From the NCBI RefSeq assembly GCF_037042905.1, contig NC_087252.1:14136001-14200000 (forward strand): a stretch of DNA of 64,000 nt, written 5' to 3'. The number at the start of each line of letters is the position of its first letter. Position 1 is the stretch's first letter. The notes under the pieces were generated by a model, which was not told the DNA's origin, did no database searches, and saw only the letters and a list, made by a program, of their open reading frames with translations. Source of the DNA: Lytechinus pictus (Eukaryota). Shown here piece after piece: positions 49,741-61,532 of the stretch. A program made the position numbers and the translations under genes.

Positions 49741-52700
49741 CTGATCTGACAACTTGGCTTGATTTTGATTGGTTGTCAGACTGCTATGATGGTACGTGTA
49801 GCTATTGGATAAAGCAGACTACAACGTGCGAGTTATACTTTCAGTCACGTAGCTAAGCTTTGGAAAGAAACTATTCAACTTTGTAACATCCTGGATGATG
49901 GTGATGTCTCCAGTCAGAATTGATTTAAATTTATCCTGTACCTTTGAGCCTGTAGACACAGCAAAGATGTTTGTTTGCTTGCAAATTGAAGAAATTGATT
50001 ATTTTGCCTTATAATTACCGGTACCTTTTAAATTGTTATTTGTTATACAGATAATTTTCTTATGAGACAGATCTTTCTATACCCTTGTGCATGCCTTCGT
50101 GACTGGAATAATAAACTACTAAATAATCATCGCCAATCGAGAGAGCTGGTAAACTCATGATAGTGACGATCTCCTGAACCCAGCCCTCCCAAACCCCGAA
50201 AGGGTGGACGCATGCCGGGAATGGCTTGGTCTGTACCCTCCACCGCAAGGGATCCCCCCTGATCGGCGATATTCGCATTAAATGATATCCTGGTGGTTTT
50301 GAATACATGTGATTGCCTTTCCTACCCCTCGACAAGCCTCGTTTTGAAGTGTCACAGTGAGCCCACCTCGTAGCATGTATTTGTGGATATTAGAGATTAT
50401 TCAATTTGTAGAACTAGCCATGTTTGTGCATTGTTGACTGTTTAAAGTACCAGGAAACGTGGATTGTGTCACTTCGGTAGTGTCCGTTGCTTAATGCTGA
50501 ATGTATTCACAGACACCATGCCATCCATAGGAAGAGATACTGTTTTTAGAATGGTCGACTTTGGTTTGGACTAAGCATTAATTAATCAATGACAGTGATT
50601 TGTTTTCAAGTGGGTTATAATGTACAACTACAAAGTCTTGATTGATATTGTCTGTACATGTACCATTCAAAAGTTCGTACTTTCAAAAGCAAATATATAA
50701 AGAAGACTTTTAAACCGTGGTTTCACTACATGTACATACAAAATTGCTTGGATTCCTCTTGAACCTTTATTAAATTTCAAATTGACATTGACTTGTGCAC
50801 AATTGTCTTTGATTATTTGATAAAGGAATTCAGCAGAAGTGGTTTTGTTTTAAAAAAGAAAGCAAACAACAAGACATAAAAAATAGTTTTTCTGATGCTT
50901 TGTGTCGCCATGGACTTGTCACTTTAATTTTGATATTTCAAAAATTGATTTGTTTCTTTTACTATAAATTTGCATAATGGAATTTGATTATAGTGGATAA
51001 ATGCAACATTGAAAAAAAATAAAGAAAAAAAATCAATAATGGATTTCAGTCTTTAAAATCTTCTTCATATAAATTTACAAATAGTGCCTCTTATCAAGTT
51101 CTGAAAGTGATTTCTAAAGAAAAGGACCTTCTTTCTTGAGCCAAGCAGCCTTCATTCATCTACAAACATGTTTGTATTTTGATGCCGTTTCCTAGGACTA
51201 AGTTTCAAGCCGAGGAAATTTTTGTGGCAGGGATATCCGGCAGGCGATGGATAAATCAAGTTAATATAAGTTTGACATCACTCTTGAACTCCCTTGTACA
51301 TGAAGACATATCCTGAATAGTTTTTTTTTCAGATTTGTAGATCTCTTTCTTGGTCAGCGAAAGTGTAGGAGACTCGAGAGAAACCTTAGATGGGTTTGAA
51401 AGGCTTCGTTTCATCAGGACTGGTTTGAGTCAATGAAGCCTTGATAAGTTTAGAATGGTTTCCCTAAACTCTCGATCACGTCGGGAATCTAGTCTTTGGA
51501 TGTCACCGAGCACCGTCATTGTCGCTCATGCTTTTTCTCAGAGAGTTGATATGTCCAGTGCACATGATCTTTGGTTATTTCAGCCCTGCCATTTTTACAA
51601 TGGCTGCAGTATGATTTTGCTTCAATGTACATGAGAGCCCGACTGTTGCCGTGAAGATTTGCATTGTCAAGGTTTGACTTTAAAAAACGCAGCTCTCCTA
51701 CTTTATTCCCAACTTCAGGACTCGCCTGCATGCAGTATTTAGGTTTTGTTGCACACCCAGAGGAGTGTTAGAGAACGGTACATTTGTAGTTATTCTTAAA
51801 TTTGAGGATGCACTTAATTACACTGTTTTCAATGAAACATGGGATTCTGATGCTTTCGACATCAGTGGCTTTTATCGTGGTCAGCTGATAGGCTTTAGAA
51901 CTACCACTGGTTAATTAAGTATCCTGTACAATATATTTGCTGCGCGTTCAAGGACCATCTTCCATGAGCATATCATCAGATCAACTGCTTCGACCTGTGG
52001 ATATCCTTCATTGGCAGTGAATAAAACATGCTTGCAAATGCTCAGGTCATTATAGTAATTAGCCAAAGGATTAAGATATTAATCACCAGGTGTTGACATA
52101 ATGTGCTTTGTACACATAACAAAGGATGCTTGTTCAGAGATGACAGCAATTAACATTGAAACTGTTATTGATGAGGTAGTATATCGCGCAAATATTGACA
52201 TGGTAATTGATGACTTAGTTTTGGTATTGATTACCAATAGGCTATTGAGAGCACTCGCATGGAAGCTACAAGGAAGAATGTAGGTTTTCCATGTAGCCTA
52301 GTAATTCAGGAATCATTGTGTTTCAAACTATGCATCAACCAGTCAAAGCAATGTTGTCTGGAACTGGGATAAACGTGGATATATGTCAATTCCTCAACAA
52401 CGAACTTGGCCACAGAGTTCTTAAAATGTCAAGCAGATGTTTACTTCATACATTGCTACGAAGCAAGTAAGAGACTCTGTTATTGACACTACCATGAACT
52501 ATTCAGCAAGGACGCTTGAGTGGACAGGAGAATAAATATTGTCGGGTATGAAAGCAGTACAGTCTTGGTGTAGATAATTTGGAATGATTTTGGAAAGCCT
52601 TTTTCTCCTTGAATTATTTGTGTTCCAAAGGAAAGTGTTATTGTTGTCTGAGTCTTCTTTTTTCCTTGATTTCTTTTCACTTTATTTAGCAGGACCATTC

Positions 52701-53857
52701 TAATTGAGACTACTGTAGGATCTATATTTGGAAAAAGGTTATTTTTTTGTTTTTCAACAATTACCAAGAAAAAGCGTTATACCATTTCCTACATCTGGTC
52801 TAGCATGAATTCATTTCTCCTGTTGGCTACATGTCATGTACGTGTAGGGTTATGATGATGATGCCTTATTGGGACCCCACATACTTGGTAATTGAAGTGA
52901 CAACCTATGAATACAATTATTGCATCACAGCGTAAAATGCAATCTTAATTACTTCTGGACTCATCATGGATATTAGACTATTTGACATCCCTACTGGATT
53001 GGTTGGCTAAAACTAATTCAAGATTCTAAGAATCCATGAATTTCATCATCTCTACATGCTACAGTGTAAATGCTGAATAGCGGGTTTAAAACACCAGACA
53101 CTTTCAGTCTATTTTGGAAACATATCGAAGGAAGTCAAGATCAAAGTTCTCACTCTTTATCAGATGTAGGAACTGAGTATCAGGGTTCAAGGATGTCAGT
53201 GTCGCTTGTATTCCATTTTTGACGCTGGTGACTTCATTCAATCCATTGCGTACTGGAGAAGGGTGTGTCCTGTTGGATGTCTATTGGGATTTGCAGTCTC
53301 GTGAGTGAATGGGTTAATGTGTAAAGAGGTTGGGTCTGTATGAACAATAATAAAATTTGATCAGAGACATCATTTGACCACCTTGGCATCACCATTGCCA
53401 ATAAGTTTGTGGATCCAAGCGAGATCATTGTGATTCATGTGCAAGGAATAGGGTGTGGAGTGCATTATGCTCGTTTTTTCATGGAACGCTGATATCGACT
53501 TTACTGGCCACTTTGATAGAGTTAAGTGAGGCTGTCAGTTATATGTTGGCAGTGGATAAAGTGGTGCGGATCATAATAGAAATTGTCGTGGAGAACCTAC
53601 ACACACATAAACTTTTGATCTATGAGATGATGAAGCCTTCTCAAATGTGAAACTTTAAACGCTTGAATTAGATAAATACTAAAATTGAAGCAAGTTAAGT
53701 ACTGGATATTATAGTGGAATATATACACACTCTTCAAGTGCTGAAAACAGCTATGGGCATGTGTTGAGGAATATGCAGGGTTGTTGAAGCTTTCTGTTGG
53801 AATTGGAGACCTTTATTAACATGTTTTGACTATCAAAAGACTTTAAAGGATACAAAG

Positions 53858-53931
53858 ATGGCTCAACGATCAATGTTGAAAAAGATTGGTGAGATGGAGA
53901 GACAGAGGTGTATGTCATGGAGTTCTCCAGG
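53858..53931 (+). CDS. Gene 2 alternative first coding exon C (MAQRSMLKKIGEMERQRCMSWSSP-G)
   Basis: aagATGG start, open 74 nt, AGG|GTGAGT donor, phase 2. Confidence 0.6.
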
Positions 53932-54214
53932 GTGAGTATTCGTGCAAAGTTTTTATACTGGGGGTATAGTTTAATTAAGGCCCGTGATACACATACGTCT
54001 TGTTTGAAGGTGGCCCCGACACCGGCTTTGAAGCCGCCTTCACCCTTTCAAAATTGAATCCTCGAGATCATTATTCCCCTGTAACACACGGTCTGAGGCT
54101 TGTAACTGTGTGTCTACACATAAGCCGGCTTCACATCACCTATTCATGCGGCACCAGTCACCGCCTTTTTATAAAAAAAAAATTATTGTCCTTAATTGGG
54201 TTGTTAGGTATATA

Positions 54215-54695
54215 ACTTTAACGAAATAAGGGTGTCAAAAACACTAAAATGATGGAAAAAGTGTATCTATTTTCGAAAGGAAAGCTACATGTTTAGGGTC
54301 AAATTTGCGAGGGTATAAAAAATCAAGACTAAATGTTTTAAAAAGGATGTACTTTTTGCCCCAAGAGTCAACACTACGTGTTTAGTGTACAATTTGCGCG
54401 AGTGGGCTGTACCATATCTCTATGGGCTGTACTAAACCCAATGATGTAGGTAAAGGTAAAACCAACAACCGACGTCCGTGACATAAATATCGCTGTACTT
54501 GTTTAGGGGTTCAAATCAGGGAATACTTGCCAATAGTATCGTTTTGTTTCCAATACTTTTTAAGGGTAGGGTTTCACACGCCAATACCTGTTAAGGGGTG
54601 CATTTTCAGAATGTGGAAAATACGTGTCTAGGGTGCTTTTTGAGACCTCATGGTCGCGCATGGTATCCACTCATCAATGGAAGTGGCCCCCCGGG
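54215..54695. mobile_element. DNA transposon fragment with a CCCGGGGGGCCACT-type terminus
   Basis: AAGGGT/TAGGGT subterminal motifs ending in ...AGTGGCCCCCCGGG. Confidence 0.4.
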
Positions 54696-54779
54696 AGATG
54701 GACTTAGCACTCAGCCGATCCAGCGCATAAGTCGAGCTGCGTCTGACGCTGGCTTCAGTCCACTTTTGATGTATGTGTA

Positions 54780-55018
54780 CACTGTAAAAAATGTGGTGTT
54801 AAAACTGACACCAGTGGCAGTTAATAGAGGACCACACCCTCTGGTGTTAAAATTACACCCTAGAGATTGAATATAACACCAAAGAGTGTACATGTAACAA
54901 CCAAAGGTGTTGTAATAACACCTTTAGGTGCTAAACTAACACTGTCAATTTAACACCGGTGTAAAATAACTGGTGTGGTCCTCTATTTACACCGGTTAAC
55001 ACCGCAGTTTTTGCTGTG
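54780..55018. mobile_element. TA-flanked CAC...GTG MITE
   Basis: Termini, TA TSD, AACACC/GGTGTT repeats. Confidence 0.65.
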
Positions 55019-55320
55019 TACATGTTTCACCACCCTAAGAAGAAGAAATCCAACTTCCATGTCTTTTTCTGAGAAAAAATATAAAATCAGTGACAACAGA
55101 AATAGTTTACATCTTAATATAAGCATGAACATGGTAATGAGATGATGTTTCTAGAACCAGGCATTACTGAACATACTGGTTTGAAAATATTATGCAAAAA
55201 TTAAGTTGGTTCATTAGCATGCTTTATAGCTTATTGAACACAATGAACGGAATAAAGAGCATTAAAAAAATCTTAGTATTTCTTCATCTATGTCTCATAA
55301 TCTGATTTTTTTTTATTTAA

Positions 55321-56102
55321 AGGAGAATGAAACCCTTGAAACCAGCTGAATCCATATCAAAGAGAAAAATCAAAGAAACATATTGTTGAAAGTTTGAGGA
55401 AGATTGAATGAATAATAAGAAAGTTATGAGCATTTGAAAATTGAGATCACTAATGCCATGTAGATCCTCCCATTGGCAATGCAACCAAGATCTGTGATGT
55501 CACACACGTACAACTCCCTCATTACTTTAGTACTTATTTCACTTATATTCTCACTTTTATAGAGTCTATCACAAGGTGAGGTGTTCTCTTTATGAGAGGA
55601 CAAGTACAGAGGTTTCACAACATTATATCAATGATGAATCGTTTGTCATATGATTAGAATGAGCAAAACGAGATGTTTTGGGGTACATTTTCAGTGTCCA
55701 AAAGGGGAGAGTTGTCCAGTTTTGGACACTGAAAATATACCCCAAAACATCTCTTTTTGCTCATTCTAATCATATGACAAACGATTCATCAATGATATAA
55801 TGTTGTGAAACCTCTGTACTTGTCCCCTCATAAAGAGAACACCTCACCTTGTGATAGACTCTATAAAAGTGAGAATATAAGTGAAATAAGTACTAAAGTA
55901 ATGAGGGAGTTGTACGTGTGTGACATCACAGATCTTGGTCGCATTGCCAATGGGAGGATCTACATGGCATTAGTGATCTCAATATTCAAATGCTCATAAC
56001 TTTCTTATTATTCATTCAATCTTCCTCAAACTTTCAACAATATGTTTCTTTGATTTTTCTCTTTTATATGGATTCAGCTGGTTTCAAGGGTTTCATTCTC
56101 CT
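55321..56102. mobile_element. Kolobok-like MITE forming a near-perfect 782-bp palindrome
   Basis: TTAA TSD; 383-bp arms with a 16-nt loop (55704-55719). Confidence 0.9.
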
Positions 56103-56469
56103 TTAAGAACATTCTGCCTCGAACATAATTGAGTTGGATCAAAACTCCCTGTTTGGAAGTAATGTTGACAGACCCAATGCATAAATCCGTTCTTCAAAGG
56201 CATACACTCTTGTGCAGTGAAAGTGGACCACCTGCTAATTAGCACCATGGATAGTTCTAGTAGGATCCATGTTTGCACCAAAGACCATGTTCTGTGAAGC
56301 AATGCCATATAAAAACGAAATTCAGGGATCTTTGGAATGCTTGTATTAGTCATGCTTTCAAGTAATAAATATCATTTTCAAAGTAACTTTAATATTTGTC
56401 ACAACCTCTAGTGCATTACTTTTACAATATTGCTTATAAATGCATGTGTATGCCCTGCTCGTTCTGTTT

Positions 56470-56775
56470 ACAATCAAACCTGTATTAGTGGCCGCCTGTC
56501 TGTAGTGGTCATCTGCCTATAGTGACCACTAATACTGATTCCCATGAAGGAAGATTGTGTGTATAAGAACCTGCCTATAGTGACCACTAAAACCAATTCC
56601 CATGGAGGCAGATTGTGTGTATAAGAACCTGTCTATAGCAGGCACCTGCCTATAGTGACCACTAAAACCGATTCCCATGGAGGCAGATTGTGTGTTTAAT
56701 AACCTGTCTATAGCAGCCGCCTGTCTATAAAGGCCACATTTTGTGTTTCCCTTTGGTGGTCACTATAGACAATTG
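56470..56775. mobile_element. Degenerate pogo/Tigger-like MITE with internal tandem repeats
   Basis: TACAATCAAACCTGT start; repeated CCTG(C/T)CTATAGTGACCAC units. Confidence 0.55.
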
Positions 56776-59297
56776 GGTGTTATTTTTTAATTGAATTGAA
56801 TTGAATTTATTACCAAATTTCACTGTCTGGTACAATTACATGGAAAAGTACATCACATATATGAACAAAACATTTGGTAATTGGAGCTAACATATCTAGC
56901 AAGATGCTATTTTTTCTCTGTATGTATTGTTTTTCTTAATTTGTAACAATTTTATTGTTAAATGCATGTAAAGTGATGAAATACTACTTACAGATGTACA
57001 TGTATGTAATACAACTACAAAATGTCAATCCTGTTGGAAATGGAAACAAAATTAATATAAAAAAAGATAAAGGAAAAGAAATTAATAGCATTGAAGGAAA
57101 TGGCCCCTGACTCTTGACATGCTGTGCCAATGGTTGCAGCAGAACGAGTTGTTAACAATATCCTCAGTCGTAAAGCTTTAATAGATCCAATCTAAATAAT
57201 CGCTTCACAAATTCGTGCCAGGAACGAATTAAGGAATTGGGACTTGATGGCAAATATCTCCTGTATTTCATTACAGCATCGCTAATCTGTAGGAGACAGA
57301 TAGCGGGCGCGGAGTTTGCCCCCATTGGCAGTGAATCTCCCCCTCCCTAACCCCCATCCTGGCTTTATGTCTGTCAGTGATTGCACTCCCACGTGTCATA
57401 TGAGCTTCCTAGCAAAGTCATAGAAAACCTAGAAGAAATACCGAAAAATAGAGAGTTGGATTAAATATTTGATACGCCTCTTAAGTCAGATCAGGGATAC
57501 AAAGAAGGCAGTTGGGAGATAGTGAAGATTTGTTCAGCTCTTCGGGGGAATTATGGGTAGTTGTTCCTGGAGAAATTGCCTGTTTTGTGTGGGAGACTCA
57601 CTAATCCTTTACGCCTTGTAGGCATGGAATGTGCATCTTTTGAGATCGGGGTACGAAGCAGCAGTCTTCGCTCATTTGCCTTGGTGAAGGCATCTTATTG
57701 TTCACTATAGGTATCGCGTTAGCTGAGCTGAGATTTTTTGTGAAATGCTGTCGCCATTTCTTGGAGTGATCAGTGATTTTCTATGTTTTGAATTTCAAAG
57801 CTCTATCTGGAATATTTCTTCTTGTCTAACATCCTGATCTGCATTTGTATTATTTGTTGCCCTCAGTTTGTCTCTATAGATTGCACATTTTAATATTTGA
57901 ACATCTTCAATATTAGTTTTTCTTCTTTCTATTATTCAGGGATACAAATGCTGATATTGACCCAACCAAGGATTGACAAAATTACAAAACAAAACTCCCA
58001 AAAGATGTGAAGTGTTTTTTAAAAACAAAATACTCTGCTTTCAATTCATTGCTGTTATTTTGTTATGTCTTGTGCAAACGTTTTCCTTCTTAGCCTGGCA
58101 TTATTAGCAAAAGTTAACCCTTAGAATTGCCTAAGAGGTGTCAGTAACATATTTTCAAACATATGCAAAGTTCTGTATTACCATGATTACTGAAGAACAA
58201 TGAGATTATGATGGACAGAGACAATTATTTCATATTTCTTAGTCTTCACTCTCTTTTTGCATAACACATTTTCTGGGAACCCCTTTTCTTGCATGCGAGC
58301 CAAGGAAAGTCATAGCTTTCATGTTGCTTTCTACTGGATACTGATCAATCAAGGTGAATATCACACTATTTATGGACTTCTTGGATTTCCAGCCAAGTGT
58401 TGAGAGGCTAAGAATGGACGACAGACTTTCAATGCCAAATGAATTCTTATTCAATCAAGATATTGCGTTGAGGAGTTTACAAGATTGGTTTCCCCTGGAA
58501 ATTAATACATGGAGTTACTTTTGACTTTATTCAAGGAGAGCTTCAAGAGAATGCTTTGGTCAAGGTATTTTATGATACCTCAATTTCATTGCTGATTCCA
58601 GTTCTTCAACCAGTATCATGATTTTGAGAACTTATTTATTGTCTAATTATTATTGAAACACAAGATCTGTTTATAGTCCATGATTACACCAAGCAAGGTT
58701 TGACTCCGCTAGACAGTCCAACACCAAAGAACATTGTTGCTGATGTTGTTCCAATATTGAACATTAATTGGGGAGTCAATGAATTGATTGTGTCTTGTGA
58801 ATTTGCAATTAAAGACAATGATGTTCACCTGAAAAAAATATGCACTTATAAGAACAGTCTGCTATAACATGATGAGCAGACATTGAAATGTTCAAATATT
58901 GACCTGGGCATCTTTAAGCGAATCATTGCCAGGGACAGGGTCTGTTAATGTCCTGGACCATTATCAAGACTAATTTGTTTTTGTTCTAAAGTAGATCCTA
59001 GACCAAACGTTCTGGATAGCATGAATAGTATCCTATTTCATCTTCACTGATGTGTACATTTACCAATCAATGATATCAGTTTGTGGATCATTAACTTCAA
59101 TAACTTGAGCTTGAATTGGGCTAAAGCGTGAATGTTACTGTGAAAAAAAATTCCATGGAAGAACTCTTTTCTGCTGCCCAAGATCAGAAGCATCCCACAT
59201 GGTACAGTATAGGACTCTACTTTAAGTCTTATGTTCAATTGGTGACCTAATGACTGTATCAGTGTTCCTTGTCTATTGATGCTGATCTTTGATAAAC

Positions 59298-59374
59298 ATG
59301 GCACCTACTACAAAATTTGTTCAGAAGCGTGCAATTGTTAAAAGGAGATACTACTATTCACAGAGATATATCGG
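59298..59374 (+). CDS. Gene 2 alternative first coding exon D (MAPTTKFVQKRAIVKRRYYYSQRYI-G)
   Basis: aacATGG start, open 77 nt, CGG|GTAAGT donor, phase 2. Confidence 0.6.
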
Positions 59375-61532
59375 GTAAGTTGTAGTTACTAACTTTTCCA
59401 ATTTCATTGATTGATTTTACAACAATAGAGCTTAATAGATAAAAATTAAGCTTAAAAAGGATAACCAATCAAGCTATAATTTTGCTATAGTGGCCAAGAA
59501 ACTGAAATAGCAAGAAGAATGGCTTGATGAATGCCTTATGCCTATTTGATTCATGACATGTTTTCCTTTGTAGCAAGAAATTAATCTGCATTTTGCTGCA
59601 CCCGACTCGGGTGATAATATTTTCTTGAATGGACTGAGCATGGGAATTATAAAGTAACACATCTTGAGCTTAAGTGGATGCTTTGTTTCCTCTTGGAAAA
59701 AAGCATACAAATACAAATCCAGCCTCTGATGAGATCATTGTTGTGAGCTAGATTGGAAAGGGGTTTGTTTTCTTGCTTGTATTTTGTTAGGTGATATATG
59801 AAGGGGAATTTTGTTGTTAATGCTGAAAATATACCACAGCTTTTCACCATGTCCAGGTTCTAGGCAGAGTCATTCAGCACAGCGTGATCTGCCACATCAT
59901 CGGTGTTGGCAAAGTACATGAACTTGACATTAACATTTTGATGATGTCTGATGTGGCTGTCTGTTTGGATACTAATGTTGGCATATGATAACCAAAATCA
60001 GGCCAATAAATTCACCTTTAATAGGAAATCTGGCAACTGGCAGAATGCATATGCTGCAATTCTGTCCAGGTAGATTTACTTTTTTTCTCCTTGTTTTGTT
60101 GCCTTGTCTTTTTTGCCTTGTAAATGTACAAGTATGTTTTTCATGGTATCAAATTTAGAGCGTAAGCTCTAGGTAATTTTTTTAAAGGGGATAACAATAG
60201 ACAATTTTTATGATTGGTGGCGTTGTGAGCAGAGCTAAAGAAAAAAACAAAAAAATAAGGGGCCAAAATGGCATATTGGCTAAAGTTAATATAAAAAAAA
60301 GAGTTGTGAGGGAGCTAAAACTTGCACCTTTTTTGTACTACAGGTATGTTTGATGATAGAATACAACATAATATTTAGAAAATGATGCAATTTCACTGTT
60401 TTTCTTATCTTATCCTTTTCTTTCTTCTATTTTTGGTCATGGAACCTTTTTGGGATCAAATGCCAGTAACTCCCTCCAAATCTATATGCAAGTGAATATG
60501 ATAATTTGGTGGATGTTGGCCTACAGTTTATGTAGTTGGGTATATGTGCTTTGCAGGAATTGGTACTGTTACCAAATACATGTGCATGTACTTTGGATTG
60601 ATAATTCCCCTTCTCCCTCTTCAGATTTTGAAATCATACAATTGTACACATACATGCGCACCGACATGTAGCAAAGGAATTTCCAAATGCCTGTTTACAT
60701 CATCACCGTGTCTACATTAAAGCTTCCTTCATAACATTGAATGAATCAATCAATAGCTTTATACAGACCCTGTCTTGCATGTACCATGGAGCCAAGACGA
60801 ATCCCGTATCGGGGCAGCTTCCACACAGCTGCTAGGGGCAATACAAGGGCATAACCGGACCCTCCTCTGCAGGGCGGAGCCAGAACTCGTGATGAGGTGT
60901 AGCCTGTGAAAACTGCCCTCAAGAAAAGGGAGTGTTTTTTTTTCTGCAAAACAGGCAGAATGTTTCTCTGGAATTTTTGAATGCATATTTCCAGAAATAT
61001 TGCTAAATCTACATCAAATACTATTTTAAGATAAAATATAAATTGAAAGTCAATTTTGTATTATAATTTCTGCTTGCTAATTGAAATATTGTCTAGTATG
61101 TAAGAATCTTCTCTACAGTGTGTGTATGTCTATTAATGCAAGAAGCAAGATTTCACTAATCATAATTTTCTGTCATGTTTTAAAAATAACTTTTTGATTT
61201 ATGAAATTTTCTGAACAAATCATTACTTAATATGCCAAATAGTGATAAAATGCTATTAAAAAGGGGCATTTTGGCCATGCCTATCAGAGACTTTCAGGGA
61301 TTATGTTATTGGATGGATAAATATTGTTCTACTGTATTAGGCATAAGCAATATTCTATATTTATCGTGTAGTCTTGGCAATTCAAATTTCCAATGTTGAA
61401 ATGTCTCAAGCTCTTTTCTGGTTCTGTTCAAGGCTTGTTGGCATACTTGATATCAACTGCTTTGAATTGTCATGGAGCTCACCTGAGTAGCTTAATTCAA
61501 GGTCACCTTTATTGTGAATTTGGGCCTTTCAA

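Noticed and set aside
50152-50164. Ornithine decarboxylase antizyme +1 frameshift site
   Set aside because: TCA-TGA rather than TCC-TGA, second frame only 40 codons, no antizyme similarity.
41370-59740. Hammerhead ribozymes at CTGATGA matches (41374 -, 51411 -, 59725 +)
   Set aside because: No stem II followed by GAAA and stem III could be built by eye.
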